IMG/VR virus record: IMGVR_UViG_3300036835_000208
Length of the DNA: 64,000 nt
Strand: one strand, 5' to 3'
Source: an uncultured virus (IMG/VR IMGVR_UViG_3300036835_000208)
Lineage: Duplodnaviria; Heunggongvirae; Uroviricota; Caudoviricetes
Shown here: piece after piece, positions 1 to 9,396 of the stretch
Numbering within the stretch: the stretch's first letter is position 1
Layout: every line of letters starts with the position of its first letter
Made by a program: the position numbers and the translations under genes
The notes under the pieces: model-generated
The model's input: only the letters and a program-made list of their open reading frames with translations
What the model was told of the DNA's origin: nothing
The model's database searches: none

Positions 1-350
1 TCAGCCTCGGCAGCCAGCATGTTAATTGTCTTGTTGCTGATGCCGAACAGCTTGAGCTGATCACCGGCCGCATTGTCCGGGTAGTACCAGACGGTGATGG
101 CGCGCGTCCAGGGATTGTCGTTGATGCGGCAGAACGGGCAGTCATCCCCAGCACAGGGAACATTTTGCTTTACCGACTGATCCCAGTGCGAGTAATACTC
201 GAAGTAGCCGGGGTTGTTGTCCAGCTCCGGATCGGGCTCAAACATGGCATGGGCGACAAACTGCTCATCCACCTTGAGCGATGTAAAAACGGACGGTCGC
301 TTGCGATCTTCCTTGCTGCGAACCTTGCGAACCGTGAACTCACGAGCCAT
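1..350 (-). CDS. ssDNA-binding protein, T4 gp32-like (N-terminal part; runs off the window)
   Basis: Manual translation MAREFTVRKVRSKEDRKRPSVF...YYSHWDQ...VPCAGDDCPFC...TRAITVWYY. H...CxxxxCPxC Zn motif, RBS AAAGGAG upstream, follows primase. Confidence 0.65.
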   Translation of the reverse strand, partial: MAREFTVRKVRSKEDRKRPSVFTSLKVDEQFVAHAMFEPDPELDNNPGYFEYYSHWDQSVKQNVPCAGDDCPFCRINDNPWTRAITVWYYPDNAAGDQLKLFGISNKTINMLAAEA

Positions 351-623
351 AAATACTTCTCCTTTACGTTCACGTACAGACTTCTTGTAATGACAACCAG
401 GGCAGAGTAACTGATAGTTGTGGCTTACCTCCTCCAATAGACGACTAAGCGACCAACCAAATAGAAATGAATTGATATACCGACGAGGGAGCCGACGATC
501 AATGTGATCAAATTGCAATCCATTCAAACACCCACACCAGACACACTCTCCACCCAACTCTAGGATTAACCGATCACGATGAAAACGAATTCGCTGCTTG
601 GCGTATGCGCTTCTGCTTCGCAA
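351..623 (-). CDS. HNH endonuclease domain, open in frame into the SSB gene
   Basis: Manual translation from TTG at 623: ...LGGECVWCG...LQFDHID...YQLLCPGCHYKKS. CxxC/DH/CxxCH pattern, no stop before the SSB ATG. Confidence 0.8.
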
Positions 624-1575
624 CTACAGCCCGCTTCCATTCCCGGTATGGTAGAGCGCCAGCAAGAGCGGCATCAATCTCCTGTTTATTACATTCCGCA
701 GGGTCGGATCGCTCTTTGGGATATCGAACAACAAATGTGGGATACCTCCGTCCGATACCCATTCGACTGGCAATTTCAATTCCTCTGACTCCGGCGGCAT
801 CTCTGTCGAAGAACAGGTACACGCGAGAAGGACGCAGCAATGCGAAGATTCGAGCTTGATGCTCACTGATACCAGTCCCAAGTGTGGCCGTTGCTGTTGT
901 ATGTCCACACTGATGGAGCCAAATTGCATCAAGCGCCCCCTCTACCAACACGATTCCGTGGGATCTTACAAGAGAACGATCAGATTCGCAAGCCCCAAAC
1001 AGCAGCCGCGACTTAGGATACTCGGTGTAGAGGTATTTGGGCTGGCGGTCTGAGACCGTGCGCTTGATCAGAAAGCGCGTGCTGCCGCTCAGATCCCTGG
1101 CTGGAATTACAAGACGCAGGTCACGATCATCCCAGCCGATGTCGAACTTTGCTATGGACTCGGGGCCGATTCCCCGGGAACGGAGGTATTCGATTCCGAC
1201 TGGGGGGATGAGTCTGGCATAGCCTGGAGCATGTCGATCCTCAGTTGCTCTGGGTCTTGATCGACGGTGAAGGACAGTTGGTGATGAATGACGAGTGGCG
1301 TATCCAAGGATGAAGCGTCGGACTCGTTTGGGTTCCCAGCCTGTGACAATTTGTATCGCCCTTTCGTATGAGCCTGAGATACCGCACCGCGCGAAGCAAT
1401 GCACCAGGCCGTCGTCGATGTTGATTTGAAAGTGACGTTTCTGTGTCTCGTGCTCGGGATTGGGGCAGCGCACCTTGTCCAGGTACGGCCCCTCCGGGTT
1501 CATGTTGTCCGAAAAGTCAACAAAGTTTTCCCACATAGCGATATCGTCAATCGTCTTTCCCCGGTACTTGCTCAT
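574..1575 (-). CDS. dnaG: DNA primase (Zn finger + TOPRIM)
   Basis: CPNPEH...HCFARC Zn finger, YLRSRGI, PKYLY, LVEGALDAI, FFDRDAAG. Start trimmed to MSKYRGK. Confidence 0.9.
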   Translation of the reverse strand: MSKYRGKTIDDIAMWENFVDFSDNMNPEGPYLDKVRCPNPEHETQKRHFQINIDDGLVHCFARCGISGSYERAIQIVTGWEPKRVRRFILGYATRHSSPTVLHRRSRPRATEDRHAPGYARLIPPVGIEYLRSRGIGPESIAKFDIGWDDRDLRLVIPARDLSGSTRFLIKRTVSDRQPKYLYTEYPKSRLLFGACESDRSLVRSHGIVLVEGALDAIWLHQCGHTTATATLGTGISEHQARIFALLRPSRVYLFFDRDAAGVRGIEIASRMGIGRRYPTFVVRYPKERSDPAECNKQEIDAALAGALPYREWKRAVVAKQKRIRQAANSFSS

Positions 1576-1759
1576 CTTCCAGTATTTCCGTAGGCCGCTC
1601 TGCCGAATAGCCCGACCAGTGCCCGACAATGATCGCATAGACGGACAGAAAGACCAGCCAGGCAATTGAATTTCTCAGATAGTAGGAGACAGGGATGCCG
1701 ACCACTGTCCAGAGAATGAGCAGGGTCAGATGAATACGTCGTCCTGTCTGGGGAGACAT
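1547..1759 (-). CDS. small membrane protein (two predicted TM segments)
   Basis: Two hydrophobic stretches in 70 aa, operon-like spacing. Confidence 0.6.
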   Translation of the reverse strand: MSPQTGRRIHLTLLILWTVVGIPVSYYLRNSIAWLVFLSVYAIIVGHWSGYSAERPTEILEDEQVPGKDD

Positions 1760-1762
1760 GAG

Positions 1763-1927
1763 TCAATGCGCGTCAACCGTAATCATGGGCGTTGTATAGG
1801 GGACAGTAGGTGAAATAGTAGGTGCAGGAGTAGGTGCAGGTGACCAGGGTGCAGGCTCAGAATGATTGGCGTATAATGCAATTATTACCAGCATGGCCAA
1901 CACAGCCAGCATCACGACCAGGGTCAT
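1763..1927 (-). CDS. small membrane-anchored Pro/Thr-rich protein (54 aa)
   Basis: Manual translation MTLVVMLAVLAMLVIIALYANHSEPAPWSPAPTPAPT..., ATGA overlap with the helicase stop. Confidence 0.55.
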   Translation of the reverse strand: MTLVVMLAVLAMLVIIALYANHSEPAPWSPAPTPAPTISPTVPYTTPMITVDAH

Positions 1928-3237
1928 GCTTCTTCTTCCATCCTGGAGAGCAGAGCATGAGCCTCTTCCGGTGTGATGCCTTCGTTGAAGTGGGGAATGT
2001 CCTCCTGCATGAAGCCGGTGTTGGGGTTGAGTCGCACCTCCAGCTTGAATGCTTTACCGAATCGCGACTTGCTGCATTTCAGATAGAGCATCTCATCATC
2101 GGGGTCATACTTCACCCCAATTACATAATCTGCCTCCTGGACAGGAACATCCGATCCGTAGGACGTATCCTTGGAGGGCACCTCTCCCTTACCACCGACC
2201 AGTGCCCTGTTGGCCTGATTGGTAACGATGACAGGGATGTCGTAGAACTGAGCGATGTCCTCGATCGCATCTACGATGTCACCCAGCTCTGCGTATTTAC
2301 TCTCTCTCCTACGCGGAGCACGGATCTTGTAGATGGGGTCGATGATCAGTAGGTCGATCCGGGAGCGTTCTACCCATCCCTCCAGGTTCCCGATTGTGGG
2401 CTTCCTGCGAAAGCGTGAGGAGTAGAGCTGAATTTCTCCCTCTATCTCCTCGTGGACGTACTCCAGAAAGCGCTGATAGGATTTTATGTTGTAGCCGGTA
2501 CCATCCATCAATGCACGATTTTTGAATGGCCGCACCAGCCCAACTGCTTCCTGGATCTTGGCATTGGCAGAGAGGAGAGTGTTAATTCTGGCCCGGTGTT
2601 GATGCTCATTCATCTCCGGGGAGAAGAAACCTACTCTCCTTCCGTCCAGCATTGCCTCCACTGCCAGCTTGGAGAGAAAATACGATTTACCATCTCCCGG
2701 CCTACCCAGGATCAGATACAGATTCTCTCCCTGGAGACCACCCAGGTGAAAATCCAGCGTCGGTAGGCCGGTGGGGATACCTGGAGATTCACCCGCTTCC
2801 CTCATCAGCATCAGTTGACGCATGTAGAGGAGGTGTTTTTTGTAATCCCTCAACTCGGTATGAGGTACCGTACCGTGAACCTTGATTACCTCTCCCAGAA
2901 TGTCTTTTAGCTCCTCTGCTTTCTCCAATGCGTTGTCGAAATCCAGCTTGGCTCCAATTTCATCCAGAGCAGAGCTGACCGATACGAATGCCCGTTCCCT
3001 GCGAAATGACTCCACCAGTACCGAGAAGGACTGATCAGAGGAGATCATCTCAAAGTCAGGGAATTTCCTTTTGAAATCCTCAACCGAGATCCCGTGCCTC
3101 TTCTCATACTCCCCGATGATCCATTCCATCTCCTCCTCGAACACCTCAAAATCCTCCAGGGTAAGACCCGCCTGAAAGATTTTCCGGGGAGATCCTGTGC
3201 GAACCGTCTCCACGACCAGATACTGTTCTGCACTCAC
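1924..3237 (-). CDS. dnaB: replicative DNA helicase, DnaB family
   Basis: GIPTG..LD...GG, Walker A GRPGDGKS, FFSPEM, LLIIDP, TNQANR, KSRFG. Confidence 0.92.
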   Translation of the reverse strand: MSAEQYLVVETVRTGSPRKIFQAGLTLEDFEVFEEEMEWIIGEYEKRHGISVEDFKRKFPDFEMISSDQSFSVLVESFRRERAFVSVSSALDEIGAKLDFDNALEKAEELKDILGEVIKVHGTVPHTELRDYKKHLLYMRQLMLMREAGESPGIPTGLPTLDFHLGGLQGENLYLILGRPGDGKSYFLSKLAVEAMLDGRRVGFFSPEMNEHQHRARINTLLSANAKIQEAVGLVRPFKNRALMDGTGYNIKSYQRFLEYVHEEIEGEIQLYSSRFRRKPTIGNLEGWVERSRIDLLIIDPIYKIRAPRRRESKYAELGDIVDAIEDIAQFYDIPVIVTNQANRALVGGKGEVPSKDTSYGSDVPVQEADYVIGVKYDPDDEMLYLKCSKSRFGKAFKLEVRLNPNTGFMQEDIPHFNEGITPEEAHALLSRMEEEA

Positions 3238-3609
3238 TTACTATCCCCTAACTAATAAATAGTTATTGCCTCCCCAGCCCCCACCCTACCGGGGGCAGCC
3301 GGGAAGAAGGTAATTACATATAAGGAACAGCTACGAGCCACGTCCCGTTTCCCTAGCCTCTCGGCCGGTCTATGCATAGGTTGCGGCCTACGTTGCTCTG
3401 TGGTATTGTCCTCCGCGAATTAGGCTCCTTTCGTGGTCTTTGCCAGATTGCGGGGGAGCCTAACTCATGTGCGGGGACGTTGCAAACTCCCTGCACAGAG
3501 CGGGAAACGACGGCGAGCCGGGCGCGCATGGGCTCGGAGGGAGAAGTCGTCGTCGTCTCCCCTTTCTCCATCCTGTAGAGCCTTCTCTCAACTGGCTAGA
3601 GCCCGCGTC

Positions 3610-3652
3610 TTGACAGACCTGATGCCATCCAGTACAAGTCAATATGGCATCA
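3610..3652 (+). promoter_or_regulatory. candidate sigma70 promoter overlapped by an inverted-repeat operator
   Basis: TTGACA-17-TACAAG (imperfect -10). TGATGCCAT-N15-ATGGCATCA palindrome at 3620-3652. Confidence 0.45.
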
Positions 3653-3802
3653 AACGAGAGAGATGGAGTCACGTCACCCAGACCGGGTGAGGCCAGTACG
3701 GAAGGCTGCCCTCTTCATCTCTCCGTTTGATGTCAAATCAACGGGCCACGAACCCCCAATTCGAGGAGGAAGCTCGCGGCCCGAGAGGAGGTTATAGCGC
3801 CT

Positions 3803-4561
3803 ATGAGCGCAACCGAGGAAGAATTGTCGTCTATGGTCATCGCCCAAGACTGGGAATGGGAGGCCAAGCAGGACGGCGCTACTGAAGGGCTCGCCAAGCA
3901 CCGTTGGCACTGGACACTAGACGAGTCCAATCCCAAGCGGGTATCAATTCGTTCCTATGCACGTCAGGTAGAGCGAGGAGAAACAACTATCCGCAACATG
4001 GTCAACGGTTACGCTGACTGGATTGCGCGCCCCAGGGCGCGCACCCTCTCTGAGTGCATCGAGCGAGCCAAGGTCGGTACAGAGAAGGCAATCGCCATCG
4101 AGGCTGTAGCTCAGGCTCGCGATATTACCTTCAAGACCGCCGCTAGTAGTAAATACAAGGACGATGTGCGGTGGGTTCGCGACACAGCCCTGGAAGAAGT
4201 CGAGAAGGGCAAGGAATATGAGAAGGTCGCACTCTCGACCGCCAAGATCATCGTCAAGAATGAGGAGAAACAGAAGAAGGCTGATAGGGAGCGGCGAGAG
4301 GAGATCAGGGCTCATCCCATCGAGCCAGCCTCGACCATGCTTTTGTCCTTCGGCTACATCCTCAAGAAAGAGAAGGAGGCGCTGAAATTCAGTCAGCAGA
4401 CTCTCGGCGAGGACTACGAGTGGGACGAGGAGCAGCGTGAGATCCTGCTGTCAACTCTAGAGCGGATCAAAGCGCTTAGCGACCTTCTCGTTCAGGCCAT
4501 CGAGGGTATCCCGGACATCGACTGGGATGCTGAATTCGCAAAGCTCGGTGATCTGAAGTGA
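3803..4561 (+). CDS. hypothetical helical protein with a possible HTH
   Basis: RBS AGGAGGT. SIRSYARQVERGETTIRNMV resembles an HTH. Confidence 0.6.
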   Translation: MSATEEELSSMVIAQDWEWEAKQDGATEGLAKHRWHWTLDESNPKRVSIRSYARQVERGETTIRNMVNGYADWIARPRARTLSECIERAKVGTEKAIAIEAVAQARDITFKTAASSKYKDDVRWVRDTALEEVEKGKEYEKVALSTAKIIVKNEEKQKKADRERREEIRAHPIEPASTMLLSFGYILKKEKEALKFSQQTLGEDYEWDEEQREILLSTLERIKALSDLLVQAIEGIPDIDWDAEFAKLGDLK

Positions 4562-5043
4562 AACGTCCAACGTTGAAGGAAAATGCATTCGAGCTGGTCT
4601 ACTACGCCTATGAGCAGCAGCCGTATGAGTGGTACTACGATGACATCGAAGAAGAGTTCGGATGGAATCGAAGTACCTTCGGTGCAGTCCGGCGTCAGGC
4701 TGTCCTGGATCTGACCTACGGCATTGATCTCAGTGAGGAAGTCAGCTTGGCCCCAGGGGAATACACGATTGTCCCCGTCCCCAACGGGCCGAACCCTTGG
4801 CCCTACAAGTTGACTGCTGACCCAGAGGAAATTGCTCTCTGGGGAAATAACCGAAGGAAAGACGCTCAGACACGAGTCCGCACGATGCGGCACACTGCCG
4901 TGCCGCTGCGCACAAATACCGATGGGCGCACCAAGCGAGGCAGGGCGGGGATCGAGGCCATCATTCGCCTAAATGCAATCGACAGAGAGCTGACCTCAGT
5001 CGGATCTGCATTTATTCGCGCCATGAACGGTCAGAAGCCCTAA
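4558..5043 (+). CDS. hypothetical protein, translationally coupled to the upstream gene
   Basis: GTGA overlap, followed by a terminator. Confidence 0.6.
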   Translation: MKRPTLKENAFELVYYAYEQQPYEWYYDDIEEEFGWNRSTFGAVRRQAVLDLTYGIDLSEEVSLAPGEYTIVPVPNGPNPWPYKLTADPEEIALWGNNRRKDAQTRVRTMRHTAVPLRTNTDGRTKRGRAGIEAIIRLNAIDRELTSVGSAFIRAMNGQKP

Positions 5044-5063
5044 CAGATCCAGAAAGGGGAGAG

Positions 5064-5096
5064 AGGGCCGGGGGTAGTTGACCCGGCCCTTTTTTT
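5064..5096 (+). terminator. intrinsic terminator
   Basis: AGGGCCGGG-loop-CCCGGCCCT followed by a T run. Confidence 0.8.
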
Positions 5097-5104
5097 ACAT
5101 CATG

Positions 5105-5198
5105 GATAGAGGACAAGCCCTCATTTTTGTCCCCGATCGTCAAAACAATTGACAGCAGATTCGAGACAGGGGACAAAAATTGGGGCTTGTCCCCTATC
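5105..5198. repeat. long imperfect inverted repeat (cruciform)
   Basis: GATAGAGGACAAGCCCTCATTTTTGTCCCC ... GGGGACAAAAATTGGGGCTTGTCCCTATC. Confidence 0.75.
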
Positions 5199-5249
5199 GA
5201 GTTTTCGTGTAAGATGTGTAAGTCAACCACACAGGAAGGGGATAGCAGC

Positions 5250-6347
5250 ATGAGCAAGTCCAACTCGCCCCGCGCATCAGACGTGCGGGCCGAACGACAG
5301 AAATTCCTTTGGGGAGGACGGATCCCGATTGGTCACATCACGGTCATCGCCGGGATGCCCGACATCGGCAAGTCCACGCTCGGCTACCACATCGGAGCCG
5401 CTGTTAACGAGCCTACTATTTACGTTTCTACCGAGGAGGATAGAAAGACTCTCTGGAAGCCGCGCATCCTTGCCGCCGGTTGTGATCAGAGCAAATCCTT
5501 TCATCACCCGGAGATCAAATTCGGGAAGGGGCGGGAAGATGAGCTAGCCGAACTCGTGGAGGAGTACGGCGCGAAGCTCGTCATCGTTGACCCGCTTGCC
5601 AATCATCTCCAGGGGGCGTCCATTCACCGTGACGAGCAGGTGCGCAACGTGCTCGAACCGTACATGGCCCTCATGGGGGAGTTGAAATTCGCCATCATCT
5701 TCGAGCTTCACGTCCTGCGAGATGTAGCGAAGAATGCCCATCCGCTCAAGGCCATCCCGGCCGGAGTCGTTTCCTCGGCCAAGGCGGTCTACCTGTTCGG
5801 AGAGGATCCTGGGATAGCAGCCGACCCTGATGTACGAATTCTCGCCTGTGCCGATAAATTCAACTTCGGCAAAAAGCCCAACTCACTCCTGTTCGAGTTT
5901 CAGACCGTCCGCGTGAAGGTGTACGACGAGGAGACGAAAGGCCACCCCAGTGACGAGTACACTCGATTTTTGAATCGGGGAGAAGTGAAAATTCCAGCTC
6001 GGGCTCTGCTCATCAAGATGCGGCCCGAGGACAAGGAGCGCAAGCAAGACAGGGTGGTTCACGCACTCCTTCAGGCTCTCCGCGATGGCCCCCGGCCAGT
6101 GCCGGAACTCCAGAAGCTAGTGGCAGGACTCGATCCACCTGTGTCCTGGAGAACAGCCAGACGAGTAGCTGATGAAATGGGCATCATCAAGGAGAAAGAC
6201 GAGAAGGACAAGCGCAGCCTGACCTGGGCTCTCCCCCAGCAAGTATTCGATGAGTTACAGGAGGCCGGGACTGATCCCGTGGACATCATCGAGATCGACA
6301 TTCCGGACACGGTGCCCGAGGAGTGGGAAGAGGGGTCGGGGCGATAG
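5250..6347 (+). CDS. RecA-family AAA ATPase (AAA_25/RepA-like helicase) with C-terminal wHTH-like region
   Basis: FLWGGRIP, Walker A GMPDIGKS, STEED, Walker B LVIVDP, KFNFG. Start set at the ATG after AGGGGATAGC. Confidence 0.8.
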   Translation: MSKSNSPRASDVRAERQKFLWGGRIPIGHITVIAGMPDIGKSTLGYHIGAAVNEPTIYVSTEEDRKTLWKPRILAAGCDQSKSFHHPEIKFGKGREDELAELVEEYGAKLVIVDPLANHLQGASIHRDEQVRNVLEPYMALMGELKFAIIFELHVLRDVAKNAHPLKAIPAGVVSSAKAVYLFGEDPGIAADPDVRILACADKFNFGKKPNSLLFEFQTVRVKVYDEETKGHPSDEYTRFLNRGEVKIPARALLIKMRPEDKERKQDRVVHALLQALRDGPRPVPELQKLVAGLDPPVSWRTARRVADEMGIIKEKDEKDKRSLTWALPQQVFDELQEAGTDPVDIIEIDIPDTVPEEWEEGSGR

Positions 6348-6431
6348 GAGCCCTTCTCAGGCCCTGCCAGGGGGTACCCCTAGCTGGAGTGCCCCCTGGC
6401 CCTTCCAGGGCCTCTCAGGGCCTTACAGGGC

Positions 6432-8750
6432 TCAGGGCGTGGCCTTCTTGGCCGCGTCGAGATCAGCGAACGCCTTACCCCACTCCGTCTTGGAGCGATC
6501 CACGTAGTTCGTGTTCAACCACTTCTGGTAGGTGGTCGTCGTTTTCTTCAGATGCGCGATCGCACTGTCGATGAGCGCATCAGGATCGGCGGGTGGCGTC
6601 GGCGGGGGTGGAGGAGGCTGAGGAGTCGGTGGCGGGGGAGGAGGCGGGGGCGGTTGAGGTGGTGGGGGAGGCGGGGGTGGAGGTGGCTGAGGAGGAGGCG
6701 GAGTCGTTCCGGTGTTGACAGTCGCGTAGAACGACCAATGCGAGGCTGTCGATTGTGGCGAGGTCGAGAACGTCGCTGGCAGTGATCCGTAGGTGAAGGT
6801 GTAAAAGCGGCCAGTCGAGGTTGAATCACTGGCCTTGCGGAAGCCGAGAGCATCCTTCTCGGGCAGATAGGCGAGCCAGTAGTCACCAGCACTGACCGGC
6901 ACCTGAGAAACGATTCGGGTATTCCAGCCAGCGATAGGCGTGAAGGCAGCAGTTTGTGCCAGGAGCTGACCGGGGCCTTTGTTGGGGCCGGTGGAATCGT
7001 AGAGGCCCAGTCGAAGCTCGCCTCCCGTCGTGGTCACGTAGAAGGACAGACTGATGAGCCCGCCGTCCTGAGTCAGAGTGGCCGACTGAGCGACGAGGAG
7101 ATTGCCATTCCCGTTGTCGTCATTAGGCAGTACCTTCGTTTCGCCCATCGTCGCCTGTCCCGCTGGCAATGTCGGCGGTGGCGGTGGAGGTGGAGGAGTC
7201 GGTGGGTTCGGAGGAGGAGGTGGCGGGGGTGGATTTGGGGGCGGAGGATTTGGGGGCGGTGGGGGAGGAGGTGGCGGTGGAGTTACTCCTCCGCGCGGAA
7301 CTTCATCCATGCCCGCATCCTGAGCCTGACCCTGGGGCCTGGGAATGCCCGTAAAGCCGATCGCCGGATAGGTGCTGTAGCCGTAGTTCTGAGCACAGGC
7401 GTCGCTATCGGACAGCCGAGGATCGGGTACCGGATTGGAAGCAGTCCAGTTGCCGAAGGTCGAAGGAGGACTGCCGCTGGCCCACTGCGGAGCGCAATGC
7501 TTGACTTCATTCCCACAGGCCGCTCCGGTAGCCGCAAAGACGTTGTGGATCATCGTCACCGGCGTCGGTAGCGAGCAGTTCGTGATCGAGCGCAAAAAGA
7601 TATTGCCGTACATCTGCTGTGCACTGGCCTGTTGACAGCCCGCGCCCGAGGCCGTGCCATAGGGGACAGCGGCATCGTTGTTTCTCCAGATCAGAGGAGG
7701 CTTGGAGCAATCCGTCATCCAGCTCCCGATCGCTCCACCACTCCCCCCGGCTCCATATCCGAAGAAGTTGTTTTCGTAGATGTTGTTGTAGAAGGCTCCT
7801 CCACCAAAAGCACCCTGCTGCCAGATTTGACCGGCGCAGTTGAAGAAGATGTTTCCTTGAACCAGGCTGTTGATCATCGAGGCTGACTGAGCGCAGTCGA
7901 TATGCGGCCCTTCACCCTGTCCGCCACAGATCGGAGGAGAGTTCTCAGAGTTATTAATGCCAAGAGCCTGTTGACCGATCACGCTGTTGCGCAATGTCAT
8001 GTGGTCATTCAGGTTCGGTGGAGCAACCCAGAAGCGGAAAGCATCCTGTTCGGCGGAACTCGAATGGGCAGGACTGGACGATCCCGTATAGCAGCCGTCA
8101 AAGCCACCGATGAACGTGTACTCGATGGTGACGTTCTGCGACGTGGACACGAAATCGCGTCCGTGGAAACCAGAGACAAGGATGTCTGTTTGCTGTGGTG
8201 AGCAGCCAGAGTATCCGCAGACGGACAATCCTCCACTTCCCTGATAGGGCAGATTAAATCCGTCCGACCTATTCGGGAAGGGAACTTTCTTCTCTTGTAT
8301 TCCGTAGATGTGTACGCGGTCAATGGAGCCGGTCAAAGAGAGAGTGCCGGTCAATAGGACACAGCTCGACGCATCCCAAACTCCGAGCGCGTCAGTCGGC
8401 TGATCATATTGCTCCGCGTAATAAGAGACAGCAGTGCTTTTTGTCCCGGAGTTGAGACTCTGCCCCGGATACGTTCCACATTTCACAACAATCTTGTCGC
8501 CGCCAAGAGCAACATTCTGAGCAGCTTGCATGGAGGAGCAGGCATTACCGTCGTTGTAGCCACCGGCCGGGCTCTGTCTCGTGCAGTTGCCGCCGTTGGT
8601 GTCCACCCAGACGTTTGCTGACGATGTTGTGGCCTGCTGAGAGGGTGCTCCCCCCTCAGTGGCCAGCAGTCCAGCAGCAATACCGCCACCGACAATGGCT
8701 GCAGCCCCAACGCCTGCCGCTATTTTCTTCTGGGTACTCGTGAGGTTCAT
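6432..8750 (-). CDS. membrane-anchored/secreted pectin-lyase-like beta-helix protein with poly-Pro linkers
   Basis: N-terminal TM segment, WVDTNG..C..ACSSMQAA..GGDKIVVKCGTY, HIDCAQ, repeated N-x-F beta-helix rungs, DAG motif, two poly-Pro tracts. Confidence 0.6.
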   Translation of the reverse strand: MNLTSTQKKIAAGVGAAAIVGGGIAAGLLATEGGAPSQQATTSSANVWVDTNGGNCTRQSPAGGYNDGNACSSMQAAQNVALGGDKIVVKCGTYPGQSLNSGTKSTAVSYYAEQYDQPTDALGVWDASSCVLLTGTLSLTGSIDRVHIYGIQEKKVPFPNRSDGFNLPYQGSGGLSVCGYSGCSPQQTDILVSGFHGRDFVSTSQNVTIEYTFIGGFDGCYTGSSSPAHSSSAEQDAFRFWVAPPNLNDHMTLRNSVIGQQALGINNSENSPPICGGQGEGPHIDCAQSASMINSLVQGNIFFNCAGQIWQQGAFGGGAFYNNIYENNFFGYGAGGSGGAIGSWMTDCSKPPLIWRNNDAAVPYGTASGAGCQQASAQQMYGNIFLRSITNCSLPTPVTMIHNVFAATGAACGNEVKHCAPQWASGSPPSTFGNWTASNPVPDPRLSDSDACAQNYGYSTYPAIGFTGIPRPQGQAQDAGMDEVPRGGVTPPPPPPPPPPNPPPPNPPPPPPPPNPPTPPPPPPPPTLPAGQATMGETKVLPNDDNGNGNLLVAQSATLTQDGGLISLSFYVTTTGGELRLGLYDSTGPNKGPGQLLAQTAAFTPIAGWNTRIVSQVPVSAGDYWLAYLPEKDALGFRKASDSTSTGRFYTFTYGSLPATFSTSPQSTASHWSFYATVNTGTTPPPPQPPPPPPPPPPQPPPPPPPPPTPQPPPPPPTPPADPDALIDSAIAHLKKTTTTYQKWLNTNYVDRSKTEWGKAFADLDAAKKATP

Positions 8751-8968
8751 CCGAGTAGCCAGCTAGCGGATAGCAGGAATCCTGTCGAGCCGAGTAGTAG
8801 GTAGCGGATCGCAGTCGCGATGGTGGAAGCTCCCTCCGGGTTCGAGCAGCCCACTATAGGGCGAGCCCCGGACATCGCCCTGGGAGCCTTCAGGAGCTAC
8901 TCTCAGGCCCTTCCAGGGGGTAGTCCGGTGGAGGCTGCCCCCTGGATCGTTTTGGGCCTTAGAACGGC

Positions 8969-9322
8969 TCAGGAACGACGGAGATAGTAATAGAAGCAAC
9001 TATTTCCGTAGCTGCCCCAGCCGGAGAAGCCGTACCTATGGTAGATCCGTAGAGCTACCATCCATTGCTGCCAGGGGGTAGCCCAATGCGCCTCCGAGGG
9101 GTAGCCTCTCGGACGGAACGCATCCCACGAGGAACGGGCAAAGCCAAACGCCCCCTGGAATCCGGAGTTGTAAAAACTCCAATTCAGCCCCGTCTCACAC
9201 ATCCCGATCGCGTACCAAACGCGGGGGAGCCAAGACGGTCGTGCCGGTGCTGCTGCTGCTCGTTCTGTTCCTGCTGCGGTTAGTGCTGCTACTGCGGCTA
9301 GTGTCGTAACCGCTAAACGCAT
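8969..9322 (-). CDS. Rpf-like lytic transglycosylase with signal peptide
   Basis: WYAIGMCETGLNW, GFQGAFGF...SW, ATPWQQWMVALRIY, GW match the Rpf domain pattern. Ala-rich signal peptide. Confidence 0.85.
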   Translation of the reverse strand: MRLAVTTLAAVAALTAAGTERAAAAPARPSWLPRVWYAIGMCETGLNWSFYNSGFQGAFGFARSSWDAFRPRGYPSEAHWATPWQQWMVALRIYHRYGFSGWGSYGNSCFYYYLRRS

Positions 9323-9396
9323 CACCCTCCGATTTCCGCAGGTCGGCGGTACCCGGTGCAATCACGGGTAGCCCTCAAGGAATTACCCTTCCTTCC

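Noticed and set aside
6590..7290. G-rich repeats as an array or regulatory element
   Set aside because: They are explained by the poly-proline codons of the minus-strand gene.
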